Shown here: in pieces, positions 46,932-57,063 of the stretch
Numbering within the stretch: the stretch's first letter is position 1
How the letters are laid out: the number at the start of each line of letters is the position of its first letter
From: an uncultured Acidimicrobiales bacterium
GTDB lineage: Bacteria > Actinomycetota > Acidimicrobiia > Acidimicrobiales > JANYDT01
DNA length: 64,000 bases
NCBI GenBank assembly: GCA_963763885.1
Contig: CAVXQD010000007.1
Span: forward strand, 125,677 to 189,676
Direction of reading: 5' to 3'
Notes under the pieces: model-generated
Seen by the model: only the letters and a program-made list of their open reading frames with translations
Databases searched by the model: none
What the model was told of the DNA's origin: nothing
Translations under genes and position numbers: made by a program

Positions 46932-47972
46932 GTGAAGCCGCACCGACCCGCCAACGCGCTGCATCAGGCATGGGGCCCGGAGCCGTTGCGGATACTCGCG
47001 CCGGGCCTGCTGGTTGTTGGGTTCGCGGCCAGCGCAGCGTTCGTTGCGCATCGTGCGCTGGGGGTGTTGTCGCCGCTGACCGCTGCTGTGGTCATCGGGG
47101 TCGTGCTTTCCAACACCCGTCGTATCCCCGGGCCTTGTTTCGCTGGCATCCAGTGGGCATCGAAAAAGTTGCTACGTCTCGGCGTTGTCCTCCTGGGTTT
47201 ACGACTCACGCTCACCGACATGTGGAAACTGGGTGCGAAAGGCTTGGCGCTCGTGGTCGGTGTTGTTGCAATCACGTTCTTCGCGACGCAATGGATGGCA
47301 CGCAAGTTGGGGCTCTCCCCCACGCTTGGGCTACTTGTCGCAACGGGGTTCTCCATCTGCGGGGCCTCGGCTGTTGCTGCAATGAAAGGCGTGACGCCCG
47401 AGGCAAAAGAAGAAGACGTCGTGTACTCAGTTGCACTGGTGACGTTGTGTGGGTCGCTCGCCATCGTCACGCTGCCCATCGTCGGCGCGTGGTTGGGGTT
47501 TCGCGGTCACACACTTGGTTCGTGGATCGGTGCGTCGGTGCACGACGTGGCCCAGACGATCGCAACTGCGTCGGCAGCAGGTAGTGACGATGTGAAAGAA
47601 GCGGCAATCGTGGTGAAACTCACGCGCGTTGTGTTGCTGGCGCCGATGGTGATCGGTGTCAGCGTGTCGCATCGGCGCCACGTGGTCGACCCTGCTGAGA
47701 CGGGCAGTCGCCCTCCCCTGTTGCCGCTGTTCGTTGCGTGCTTCTTGGCCATGATCGTGGTTCGCACCACCGGAATGGTTCCGAGCGGCGTGTTGAGCAC
47801 GGCCAAAACTGCCGAAACGCTGTTGTTCGCTGCGGCACTTGTGGGGTTGGGAGTCGGTGTCCGATTCGACAAGTTGCGTCGGGTGGGAGTGCGCCCGCTC
47901 GTTCTCGGTCTTGCCAGTTGGGCGGTCATTGCCGGCGTCTCTGCCTTCGGCGTCTGGACCCTCCAGATCTAA
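46932..47972 (+). CDS. YeiH/UPF0324 putative sulfate exporter family membrane protein
   Basis: KKLLRLGVVLLG, GFSICGASAVAA, IGASVHDVAQ, VKLTRVVLLAP. Start uncertain. Confidence 0.88.
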   Translation: MKPHRPANALHQAWGPEPLRILAPGLLVVGFAASAAFVAHRALGVLSPLTAAVVIGVVLSNTRRIPGPCFAGIQWASKKLLRLGVVLLGLRLTLTDMWKLGAKGLALVVGVVAITFFATQWMARKLGLSPTLGLLVATGFSICGASAVAAMKGVTPEAKEEDVVYSVALVTLCGSLAIVTLPIVGAWLGFRGHTLGSWIGASVHDVAQTIATASAAGSDDVKEAAIVVKLTRVVLLAPMVIGVSVSHRRHVVDPAETGSRPPLLPLFVACFLAMIVVRTTGMVPSGVLSTAKTAETLLFAAALVGLGVGVRFDKLRRVGVRPLVLGLASWAVIAGVSAFGVWTLQI

Positions 47973-47978
47973 GCGACG

Positions 47979-48043
47979 GCGAGAGAGGTTGCCCCCAGCC
48001 GTGGGGGTAGTCCACCTCGCAATGTTGTTCCGAGGTGGATTGC
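47979..48043 (+). repeat. 65-bp two-hairpin element, copy A (inverted relative to 51089-51153)
   Basis: GCGAGAGAGGTTGCCCCCA-gccg-TGGGGG-tag-TCCACCTCG-N11-CGAGGTGGATTGC. Confidence 0.9.
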
Positions 48044-48048
48044 TGCGG

Positions 48049-48990
48049 TCAGGCTCGGCGGCGACCCGAGAGCAGGACCAGGCCGGCGCCGATCAGACAG
48101 AGGGCGCCGAGCAACAGACGCGTCGGGTCGCCTCCGGTGTAGGCCACCTCATCGACACCTTCTTCGGGTGCGTTCGCGTCGGCGCCAAGAACATCGATTG
48201 AAGCTTCAGTCGTCGGGGGCTGAGCTGTGGTTGCGGGGGCAATCGACGTTGCTGGGGTTGTGGTCGCAACAGTCGCAGGCACAGTGGCTGCCACCGTCGT
48301 AGCAGCCGCGGTGGGTGGAGCAACGGTGGTTGGAGCAATGGTTGGCTTCGAAGCGATCGTCGTAGTGATAACTGGGTCGGGGTTCGGGGTCTGGGCCGGC
48401 TTCAACGACAACGTCGTCGTCGCAGCAACGGTGCTGGACGGAAAGACCGAGTTCTCAAGGTCCAGATCGGCCATCGCAACAGCGGACATCGGCGCCAGCT
48501 GATCGGCGGTCGCGAAAGCTGTGTTGAGGTACGTGAGGTTGTTGAGGTTCGCGAAGTCGGCAGCCTCAACAACATGCTCCGCTGTACAAGTGATCGCCTC
48601 GGACACCTCAAGCGTGGCCGGCATGACCCGATCGCAGACAAAGTTCGTCGTAGTCGGGTCCGTCAGATTCACTCCCGTCAACTGGCTGTAGCTGTCGTTG
48701 CGCGCGTAAATCTCGAAGAGAATCACTTCTTGATATGCGAACGGAGAACTCTTCCCGTTCGCCACTGACTTTTGCAGGTACAGGTCTGGTTCCCCACAGA
48801 CGCGGTCGGGTACCGGCGTACCGCTTGCCGCTTCCGGAGGTTGTTCATCAATCCGGCAACTCGCTGGAGTTGGAATGGCTTGTGGTTCCGACGCATCGAT
48901 TTGTTGAGTTTCCGTTGCCGTCGCGTCAGAGAGTTCAGCAGCGTTGGACTGGCTGAAACCGAACGAGGCAAGAAGCAGCGCTGCCGCCAC
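48049..48990 (-). CDS. Surface protein with a DUF7507/DUF11-like Ig domain and VAYTG sorting signal
   Basis: Signal peptide, LYLQKS...ILFEIYARN...LTGVNLTD...TCTAEHVV...NTA, Thr/Ala/Pro stalk, VAYTG-TM-RRRA. Confidence 0.75.
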   Translation of the reverse strand: MAAALLLASFGFSQSNAAELSDATATETQQIDASEPQAIPTPASCRIDEQPPEAASGTPVPDRVCGEPDLYLQKSVANGKSSPFAYQEVILFEIYARNDSYSQLTGVNLTDPTTTNFVCDRVMPATLEVSEAITCTAEHVVEAADFANLNNLTYLNTAFATADQLAPMSAVAMADLDLENSVFPSSTVAATTTLSLKPAQTPNPDPVITTTIASKPTIAPTTVAPPTAAATTVAATVPATVATTTPATSIAPATTAQPPTTEASIDVLGADANAPEEGVDEVAYTGGDPTRLLLGALCLIGAGLVLLSGRRRA

Positions 48991-49150
48991 CGGGACTCGG
49001 ACAAGCGACCGACCGTATTTGTAAGCAGACTTACTACCGATTCGACCAAGCCACCCTTCGCTGGACGCGACGAAACGAACGGTTTGGATGGGTGCGGCTG
49101 GTCAATTGGGGCCTCTGAAACTGTGGGAAGTCCGGGGTGGGGTGGAAAAC

Positions 49151-49185
49151 ACAACTGCCCTGCACGCTGGGTGCAAGGCAGTTGT
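49151..49185 (-). terminator. Intrinsic terminator between the two surface-protein genes
   Basis: 15-bp stem on the minus strand (one G-U pair) followed by GTTTT. Confidence 0.7.
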
Positions 49186-49359
49186 TGTATCGAATGATCA
49201 GGGTCAACCTACCCAAGCAAGTTCACGCCTTCCAGCCCAACGAGGTGCTCGAAGGCATGAATCATCTGACGTGATGAGGGCCGTTCACACACCGACTGCC
49301 GAAGGCAACAATCGTGTGTAGACATACGGGTCTCAGATCGGCCGAACCCGTCGATTGGA

Positions 49360-50847
49360 TCAGCCGTGCTGGCGGCGAGTCCGGCGAGTCAGAACGGTAC
49401 CCAGGCCGAGGAGGACAAGGGCCGCCACGAGCATCTGCATCGAGTTGCTTCCGGTAAAGGCCACTTCGGTTGCGCTGGCCACTTCAGAAGGGGCGACCGG
49501 AGAAACTTGGACACCGAGCACTGCCACCTGAGCGACGGTGGTCGCTGCAGCAGTTGTAGGAGCAGCAGTTGTAGGAGCAGCAGTTGTAGGAGCAGCGGTC
49601 GTGGGAGCTGCAGTAACGATTGCCGCTGGAGCGAGGGTCGTGGCCGGGCTGGTTGGGCGAGGGTCTGGGTTCGTCGGAGGTGCCGAGATCAACGAAGGAA
49701 CAGTCGTCGCAACGGTCGTGGCGACGGTTGTCTCAGGCGGCAACGTCGTGGCGACGGTTGACTCAGGCGGCAACGTCGTGGCGACGGTTGACTCAGGCGG
49801 CAACGTCGTATCTGGCGGCAACGTCGTATCTGGCGGCAACGTCGTATCTGGCGGCAACGTCGAATCTGGCGGCAACGTCGAAGCAACCGTCGTATCTGGC
49901 GGCAACGTCGAATCTGGCGGCAACGTCGAAGCAACCGTCGTATCTGGCGGCAACGTCGTATCTGGCGGCAACGTCGTCGCAACCGTCGTATCTGGCGGCA
50001 ACGTCGTATCTGGCGGCAACGTCGTCGCAACCGTCGTGTCTGGCGGCAACGTCGTCACGACGGGCTGCAATAGCTGCGCAACAGCCGAGTCGGAGACCAG
50101 ACCAGTTTGGGTGCTGGATGCCGAGGCAGTGTTGTTGTACGTGTTCTGCGCAACGTCGGCGAGGACCACGGCGTGTGTACCGGCACAAACCATTGTCGCC
50201 AACGGTGCGAGCGTGGCCGGGCTTGCAGGAGTGCACGACAGCCCCGTAATCGTGGGATCAGATACTGCGACCCCCGTCTGCGGCAGGTTGCCCGTGTTGG
50301 TAACGGTGATCGAATATTCGATCGTTTCCCCAACCTCGTACGGCGATGCAGCGGTGTTCGTGATGATCTTGTCGATGGACAGCGTCTGGCGAGCCGGCTC
50401 AACACATGCGCCGATCTGGGTCACGTTTCCCTTGCCGCCGACGTGGTAGGTGTCGCCCAGAACACCGAGGCCGAACGTGTAGCCGGAGCCGCCGCCGGTG
50501 AAGATCTCAAATGAGGAAATCGCGTACCCTGAAGGGCTGAGCGACGCCGGGGTCAGCCTTGGATCCTGAGCCGTTCCACTTTGGGTGAACGTCAGGGTTG
50601 GATCGATTCCGATGTTCGCTGTGGCGTTGTGCACGTGCGTTCCGTTGCGACCGCCAGCTGACCAGCGGTAGTAAGTGCCGCCGTTTCCACAAGAGTCGCC
50701 CGACGCTTTTGGAGAAGCGAGTGGCCCCGTGGCTTCGGTGGCTGGATGGTCAGTCGCTCCAACCTGCACCAAGGCCACCGCCGACAGCAGGAGCGCAGCT
50801 GCAATCGAGGTTCGGATGGGATGAGAGGAGGGTCGGGGATAGCGCAT
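49360..50847 (-). CDS. Surface protein with a DUF7507-like domain, LPPDTT repeats and VAFTG sorting signal
   Basis: Signal peptide, LSIDK...VGETIEYSITVTNTGN...VSDP...CAGTHAVVLAD...NTA, tandem TTLPP(D/E)(T/S)T(VA) repeats, VAFTG-TM-RRTRR. Confidence 0.8.
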   Translation of the reverse strand: MRYPRPSSHPIRTSIAAALLLSAVALVQVGATDHPATEATGPLASPKASGDSCGNGGTYYRWSAGGRNGTHVHNATANIGIDPTLTFTQSGTAQDPRLTPASLSPSGYAISSFEIFTGGGSGYTFGLGVLGDTYHVGGKGNVTQIGACVEPARQTLSIDKIITNTAASPYEVGETIEYSITVTNTGNLPQTGVAVSDPTITGLSCTPASPATLAPLATMVCAGTHAVVLADVAQNTYNNTASASSTQTGLVSDSAVAQLLQPVVTTLPPDTTVATTLPPDTTLPPDTTVATTLPPDTTLPPDTTVASTLPPDSTLPPDTTVASTLPPDSTLPPDTTLPPDTTLPPDTTLPPESTVATTLPPESTVATTLPPETTVATTVATTVPSLISAPPTNPDPRPTSPATTLAPAAIVTAAPTTAAPTTAAPTTAAPTTAAATTVAQVAVLGVQVSPVAPSEVASATEVAFTGSNSMQMLVAALVLLGLGTVLTRRTRRQHG

Positions 50848-51032
50848 CGTGGATCCTTGTGCGGAGTTCTCGTCGGCGAAGAGGGCGACCGCAGGCCCAA
50901 TCCGTTGCTTGTTGAAGCAAGCAACGTCAACCTACGATCGCCGCGCGCCGACGTCATCATCGCGATGCGTGACCAGCCGGAAATCATCAGGGCTGATGAA
51001 GCCATCGACACTGCCCGGTGCCAGAACGCGAA

Positions 51033-51065
51033 ACGACGGCCCACCCCCGTTGGGCGGACCGTCGC
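51033..51065 (-). terminator. Intrinsic terminator downstream of infB
   Basis: 14-bp stem (including G-U pairs) GCGACGGTCCGCCC/GGGTGGGCCGTCGT followed by TT on the minus strand. Confidence 0.65.
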
Positions 51066-51088
51066 AAGTTCACGTTTGTTGCGCCGAG

Positions 51089-51153
51089 GCAATCCACCTC
51101 GGAACGCAGTTACGAGGTGGAAAGCCCCCAGGAGTGGGGGCAACCTCTCTCGC
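51089..51153 (-). repeat. 65-bp two-hairpin element, copy B
   Basis: Minus strand GCGAGAGAGGTTGCCCCCA-ctcc-TGGGGG-ctt-TCCACCTCG-N11-CGAGGTGGATTGC; 54/65 identical to copy A. Confidence 0.9.
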
Positions 51154-51158
51154 GAGCA

Positions 51159-54100
51159 CTACACCCGAGCGATTTCTCGCTCTTCGAAGGTTTCGATGAT
51201 GTCGCCACCCTTGAGGTCTTTGAAGTCGGTGAGGCCGATACCGCACTCGAAGCCCGTCTGGACCTCTCGCACGTCGTCCTTGAACCGCCGCAGCGACGCA
51301 ATGGCACCCTTCCAGATGACTACGCCTTCACGGAGGAACCGCACCTTGGAACCACGGGTGATGGAACCGTTGCGAACCATGCAACCGGCAATGGCGCCGA
51401 TCTTGGGCACGCTGAAGACCTCGCGGACTTCGGCTTCACCGGTGACAACTTCTTCGAACTCTGGCTTGAGCAGACCGAGCATTGCGGACTGCATGTCCTC
51501 GAGCACCTTGTAGATGATGTCGTAGGTGCGAATCTGCACCTTCTCGTCTTCAGCAAGTGCTCGTGAGTTGCGGTCTGGTCGGACGTTGAAGCCGATGATG
51601 GTTGACCCGGTGGTTGCGGCCAACTGCACGTCGTACTGAGTGATGCCGCCGACTGCGCGGTGCACGAAGGTGATCTTGACCTCTGGACGTTCCAGCTTCT
51701 TGAGCGACGTGGTGAGCGCCTCCAAGGAACCTTGCACGTCTGCCTTGAGCACCAAGTTGAGCGTGGCAGCTTCGCCCTTTTGGATCTGTTCGAACAGATC
51801 TTCCAGCTTGACGCCACCGCTGACAGCCGACGCCGAACCAGCAAGACCGGCGAAACGCTGACGCGATTCACGAGACTCGCCAACGACCTTGGCAATCTTC
51901 AGGTTTGGAGCTGCACGCAGTTCGTCGCCTGCACCAGGGACCATGGACAGACCGAGGATCTGTACAGGGGTGGACGGGCCAACGGACTTGACCTGTTCAC
52001 CACGGTCATTGATAAGCGCACGTACTGAACCCCACGCAGGACCGGCAACGATTGGGTCGCCGACGGACAAGGTGCCCTTTTCGATGAGCACGGTGGCAAC
52101 TGGACCACGGCCGATGTCGAGGTTGGCTTCCAGCACGGTGCCGCGGGCCTTGCCCGATGGAACCGACTTGAGGTCTTCGACGTCTGCGACCAGGAGCACC
52201 TGCTCCAAGAGGTCATCGATGCCCAAGTTCTGCAGCGCGGACAGCTCAACCATGATGGTGTCGCCGCCCCATGCTTCAGGGACAAGGTCGTGTTCGGCGA
52301 GCTGCTGCATAACCCGGTTGGGGTCTGCGCCAGGCACGTCGATTTTGTTGATGGCCACCACAATTGGCACCTCTGCAGCCTTGGCCGCAGCGAGCGCTTC
52401 CAGGGTCTGAGGCATGACGCCGTCGTTGGCGGCAACCACCAAGATGACGATGTCGGTGACCTGCGCACCACGCAGACGCATCGACGTAAAGGCCTCGTGG
52501 CCAGGGGTGTCGATGAAAGTGATGAGACGGCCGTCTTTGACTACCTGGTACGCACCGATGTGCTGCGTGATGCCACCGGCTTCGCCGGCGACAACGTTGG
52601 CAGACCGGATGCGGTCAAGGATGGTGGTCTTGCCATGGTCGACGTGACCCATGACGGTGATGACCGGTGGACGGGTTTCGTACAGGTCGTCGTCGTCTTC
52701 GTCAGAGTCGTCTTGGAACAGCTGGAGGAGTTCGACCTCTTCCTGCTGGCCTGGATCGACCAACAGCACCTGTGCGCCAATGTCGAGTGCGAACAGCTCG
52801 ATCATGTCGTCGGTGAGGCTCATGGTGGCCGAGACGAGCTCGCCCTGTGACATGAGGAAACGGACGACGTCTGCTGCGCTGCGGTTGACCTTTGGACCGA
52901 GATCCTGTGCTGACGCACCGCGCTCGACAATGACTTCGCCGTCCGGAACCGGGGCGGAAGACTTCTCGTAACGGGTGATACGGCCGGGCTCTAGCTCTTC
53001 GAATGCCTTACGACGCTTCGAACGGCTCTGGCGCTGCTGGGTTGGACGCCCACGGCCGCCACCAGGACCGCCCTTGCCACCGGGGCCACCAGGACCACCT
53101 GGACGCGGGACACCTGCGCCTGGCACGGACTGGCGGGGGAATGAACCGCCACCTGGCCGCGAAGGCGTGTAGCCAGGACGGCTGCCGGGAGCACCTGCTG
53201 GACGTGCACCGGGAGCACCGGGACGAGCACCTGCGCCGGCACCGCCAGGACCGCCTGGGCGTGCACCTGGACCACCTGGACGTGCGCCTGGAGCACCCGG
53301 AGGTGTTGGACGACCACCAGGGGGAGGCGGGATAGGCCGACCGCTGAATGAACGAGGTGGACCGGGAGGCGGCGGGATAGGCCGACCCGTGGCCGACTTC
53401 GGAGGCTCTGCTGGGCGTTGCCCGATTGGGTTCTGCAACGGAGGACTTCCTGCCGGACGCGGTGCGTGCGGAACGGGAGCCCCTGGACCGGGAACGACCG
53501 GGGCGGACTCTGCAGCGGGTGCAGCAGGAGCCGAGGCAGCCGGAGCTGCTGCGGGTGCTGCCGATGCCACAGGAGCCGATACGACCGGTGCAGCGTCGGC
53601 GGCTGGTGCCGACGCAAGGTCTGACACTGGAGCCGATGCCGCGACGGCCGGAGCCGCTGGCGCAGGGGCCGTCTGCTGAACCGGGGCGGCAGGTGCAGCC
53701 GATGGAGTGGCAGGTGCAGCAACAGCAGCGGCCGGAGCCACTGGCGCCGGAGCGCTTGAGCTGACCGGGTTCACCGGGGTGATAGGCGCGGTCGGCCGCG
53801 GAGGCGCACCAGGTGCCGTTGGCCGTGCCGATGACACGATGCGGTTGACCGATGGTGCAGGCGGCCCTGGGGCGACTGCAGGCTCGGTGGCCGTGGCGGC
53901 TGCCGCAGCGACCGACGGGGCTGCAGAAGGCGAAAAACTTGGAGCTGCGGCAGGAGCTGCTTCGGCCGGAGCCTCTGCGGCCGCGTCGGCACCCTTCTTG
54001 GCGGTCTTCTTGACCGGCTTCTCTTCTTCGGGCTGAACGTCGCGCTTGAGCCCTTCACGTTCGGCCTTACGCCGGGCGCGGTCGGCCTGGGCGTCCTCGA

Positions 54101-54215
54101 TGGAAGACGAGTGGCTCTTGACCCCGATCCCCAGCCCGACGCATAGGTCGAGCGTTTCTTTGTTGGTGAGGCCCAGTTCTCGTGCGAGTTCGTGAAGCCT
54201 GATCTTGGCAGCCAA
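51159..54215 (-). CDS. infB: Translation initiation factor IF-2
   Basis: [12 protein letters not shown]-terminus, Pro/Gly-rich actinobacterial linker, [25 protein letters not shown]. Confidence 0.98.
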   Translation of the reverse strand: MAAKIRLHELARELGLTNKETLDLCVGLGIGVKSHSSSIEDAQADRARRKAEREGLKRDVQPEEEKPVKKTAKKGADAAAEAPAEAAPAAAPSFSPSAAPSVAAAAATATEPAVAPGPPAPSVNRIVSSARPTAPGAPPRPTAPITPVNPVSSSAPAPVAPAAAVAAPATPSAAPAAPVQQTAPAPAAPAVAASAPVSDLASAPAADAAPVVSAPVASAAPAAAPAASAPAAPAAESAPVVPGPGAPVPHAPRPAGSPPLQNPIGQRPAEPPKSATGRPIPPPPGPPRSFSGRPIPPPPGGRPTPPGAPGARPGGPGARPGGPGGAGAGARPGAPGARPAGAPGSRPGYTPSRPGGGSFPRQSVPGAGVPRPGGPGGPGGKGGPGGGRGRPTQQRQSRSKRRKAFEELEPGRITRYEKSSAPVPDGEVIVERGASAQDLGPKVNRSAADVVRFLMSQGELVSATMSLTDDMIELFALDIGAQVLLVDPGQQEEVELLQLFQDDSDEDDDDLYETRPPVITVMGHVDHGKTTILDRIRSANVVAGEAGGITQHIGAYQVVKDGRLITFIDTPGHEAFTSMRLRGAQVTDIVILVVAANDGVMPQTLEALAAAKAAEVPIVVAINKIDVPGADPNRVMQQLAEHDLVPEAWGGDTIMVELSALQNLGIDDLLEQVLLVADVEDLKSVPSGKARGTVLEANLDIGRGPVATVLIEKGTLSVGDPIVAGPAWGSVRALINDRGEQVKSVGPSTPVQILGLSMVPGAGDELRAAPNLKIAKVVGESRESRQRFAGLAGSASAVSGGVKLEDLFEQIQKGEAATLNLVLKADVQGSLEALTTSLKKLERPEVKITFVHRAVGGITQYDVQLAATTGSTIIGFNVRPDRNSRALAEDEKVQIRTYDIIYKVLEDMQSAMLGLLKPEFEEVVTGEAEVREVFSVPKIGAIAGCMVRNGSITRGSKVRFLREGVVIWKGAIASLRRFKDDVREVQTGFECGIGLTDFKDLKGGDIIETFEEREIARV

Positions 54216-54396
54216 AGCGAGTTTCCTTGCGGGTAGGTCGTGCTTGGCGTCGAAAACGCAAGCCCTCTATCGTCGCGCACCTCGGGAGGGCCCGTGGCAC
54301 GAATCGGTGTGACACGGTGATGTCATCCCGAAATACTGGTGAATCTGGGGAGTTAACGGCGATTCGGCGACGATTTTGCGTCGCTGACCACCGCTG

Positions 54397-54717
54397 CTAC
54401 CCCTGTGGGAGCTTCGGTTCGGGTCCAAGCTGAAGCCCGGCCCGATGAAAAGCGTCACGCACAGCGTCAGACGACAACGCAGCGCGGTTGATTCGGAGTG
54501 TCCTGGCGGCGCCACCGGTGCGATCTGCGTTACGCACGCAGATCTCGGTTGGGCACACCCAAGCGCCTCGCCCCGAGCCGGTTCGAGAAACCGCCAGCGA
54601 GAGTCGCCCAGAGGACGATTCGGTACCGTCACTTAACGCAAGACGAACGAGCGAAGTGGCGGGAAAACGCTGCCTGCATCCGACGCAGGTGCGAATTGGC
54701 GAGGCAGAGGCGCCTAT
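54397..54717 (-). CDS. ylxR: YlxR/DUF448 (RnpM) family protein, apparent ATA start
   Basis: Missed by the ORF track. The frame reads (I)GASASPIRTCVGCRQRFPATSLVRLAL...GRGAWVCPTEIC...PQG*. There is no ATG/GTG/TTG upstream of the RTCVGC motif before the upstream stop; GGAGG lies 6 nt before ATA54717. Confidence 0.8.
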   Translation of the reverse strand: MGASASPIRTCVGCRQRFPATSLVRLALSDGTESSSGRLSLAVSRTGSGRGAWVCPTEICVRNADRTGGAARTLRINRAALSSDAVRDAFHRAGLQLGPEPKLPQG

Positions 54718-55912
54718 GCGTCGCCTCCAGATTCGCCAGCAGCAACTTCAGCAACCGGAGCGTCAGCAGCAACTTCAGCAACGCGGCGGCTTCAGATCCA
54801 GGAGCAGCGACATCGTCGACGTCGCCGGTGCGCCATTGGTCAGCTGACATCGCCTGACCGCCATCTGCTGGCTGCCAGACCTGTTCGCCGGTGTCAGGGT
54901 TGGTGACCCATTCGCCTTCGGCCCAGTTGGCAGCTTCTTCTTCCATCTGGGACTCGCCCTTGATGTCGATACGCCAGCCGGTGAGGCGTGCGGCAAGGCG
55001 AGCGTTTTGGCCTTCCTTGCCGATGGCCAGGCTGAGCTGGTTGTCCGGAACGATGACCGTTGCAGTACCGGTTTGCTCGTCGATGCGGACTTCCTTGACC
55101 TTGGCTGGGCCGAGCGCTTCACGCACAAAGTCCTGTGGGTCGTGGTTGAACGGAACGATGTCGATCTTTTCGCCGCGCAATTCGTTGACGACCATGCGCA
55201 CACGGGCACCGCGGGCACCGATGCAGGCACCTGCGGCGTCGACGTTGGCGTCGTTGGACCAGACGGCCACCTTGGTGCGGTGTCCCGGTTCACGGGCCAT
55301 GGCTTTGATTTCAACCACGCCGTCGTTGATTTCTGGAACTTCAAGCTCGAACAGACGCTTGACCAGGCCTGGGTGGGTACGGCTGACCACGATCTGCGGG
55401 CCCTTGGGGCTGCGACGCACTTCGACGATGTATGCCTTGAGGCGTGAGCTGTGCTCGTAACGCTCACCCATGGCCTGCTCTGCTTGCGGGAGCAATGCCT
55501 CGACGCGGCCGAGGTTGAGCAGCGTGTACCGATGGTCCTGCTGCTCGATGATGCCGGTGACGATGTCGCCCTCGCGGCCCGCATATTCGTCGTACTTCAG
55601 GTCCCGTTCGACCTCGCGGATGCGCTGCATGATGACCTGCTTGGCGGTCTGCGCAGCGATACGGCCGAACTCCTTGGGCGTGTCGTCCCATTCGCGGATG
55701 ACTTCGCCATCTTCGTTGAGCTCCTGGGCGTAGACCCACATCTCGCCGGAATCCGGGTCGATGGAAACGACAGCCTCTTCAGCCGCGTTTGGCAGCCGCT
55801 TATATGCCGTGACCAGCGCATTGGCCAACGCGTCGAGGAGGGCCTCTTTAGGAACACCCTTCTCGCGCTCGATCAGTTCGAGCGCATCCATCAGTTCTGC
55901 GTTGAGCTTCAT
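54714..55912 (-). CDS. nusA: Transcription termination factor NusA; apparent 1-nt deletion near 54783 (as assembled the ORF runs to 54629)
   Basis: FGRIAAQTAKQVI, S1 and KH domains (AREPGHRTK, GKEGQNARLAARLTGWRIDI). The alternative tail frame VAEVAADAPVAEVAAGESGGDA* ends at 54714 and avoids overlapping ylxR. Confidence 0.95.
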
Positions 55913-56884
55913 GAGGTCACCTCAGGGTTTTCGTGTTCGGTCGGACGGGCGTTGTGCCCGGGTGTTGCGAGTCGTGGTGGTTGCTGCTGCGGGGACCGAG
56001 ACGCTAGCGCGCCGGGTTCCGGTTCAGCGTCGAGTTCATCCGCAAGGTCATTTCGGGTCATCTTCGAGGTCATCTTCGTCGTCGGCCTCGTCGTCGTCGA
56101 GGTCGTCCTCGAAGGTCTCGTCGAAGTCGTCATCGCTGTCGTCGAAATCATCGTCGAGGTCATCGTCGAGGTCATCGTCGAGGTCATCGTCGAGGTCATC
56201 GGCCGACTCATTGGAGTCGTCGGTCCGGCCATCGGGAGCAATACCAGACCCAGGTTCCGCCGCCAAAAGCGCTGCGGCGGCAAGGGCGGCAGCGGCTTTG
56301 GGGTGCACCGGGCGTTGCCCCTTGGGGAGCGCGCCTTTCTTGCGGGGCTGTCCTGAGGCGGTTTCGCCAGGACCGATTTGCTCGCCCCATTTAAAGACGG
56401 TCCGGGCACGATCGATGGATGCGTACGAAATGACGTACTCACCGCTGCGATCCGTGATGGTGATTGTGCCGGTGAACTCGGAGTCTGCAGCAATGAGAAT
56501 GCCAGTGCGACGGCGTTCACCAGGAGTGCCGGGGACCGTTTTCACCGAAACTTCGGTGCCGACGAACCGGGCAAAGTGGGCAGGGGTACGCAGCGGCCGT
56601 TCCAAGCCGGGGCTGGAAACCTCAAGCGTAAAGGCCTGCTCGATGGGGTCAGCGGCTTCGAGATGTGCGTCGATCAGCCTGGTAGCGCTGCTGACACCTT
56701 CGAGGTCGATCCGCCCGAACGGACCATCTTGAATCTGTGCAAGATCGACGAGGACTCGGACAACAGAACTGCCACCGACGGAGTCCAGCTCGACGTCGAC
56801 CAGTTCGTACCCTGCATCGGCCAGCATGGGACCGAGTTGTGCGGAAAGGTGTTGGGCCAGAGTGGCCGGGAGCATGGATGACAT
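55909..56884 (-). CDS. rimP: Ribosome maturation factor RimP with an acidic tail; apparent 1-nt indel near 56050 (as assembled it stops at 56048)
   Basis: GYELVDVE, LEVSSPGLERPL. The shifted frame continues NDLADELDAEPE...EVTS* with an ATGA overlap onto nusA. Confidence 0.9.
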
Positions 56885-56982
56885 GAGAACACGGCCTTTC
56901 TGGAAATTCTGTTTGCGGATGTCGGTTGCGGATGTCGTGGGATGTGGCCGAAAATGCCGACCTTGCTGCGGGCATTACTGGT

Positions 56983-57063
56983 GAAACTCGAACTGCCGTT
57001 GAAACTCGAACTGCCGTTGAAACTCGAACTGCCGTTGAAACTCGAACTGCCGTTGAAACTCGA
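56983..57063. repeat. 18-bp perfect tandem repeat, 4.5 copies
   Basis: GAAACTCGAACTGCCGTT x4 plus GAAACTCGA, in the rimP 5' region. Confidence 0.95.

Noticed and set aside
50592-51143. ORF as DUF503 or rbfA downstream of infB
   Set aside because: The translation has no such motifs and runs through the repeat element, terminator and next gene.
54267-54632. Track ORF MTVPNRPLG... as the gene between nusA and infB
   Set aside because: The YlxR motifs are in a different frame (54397-54717).
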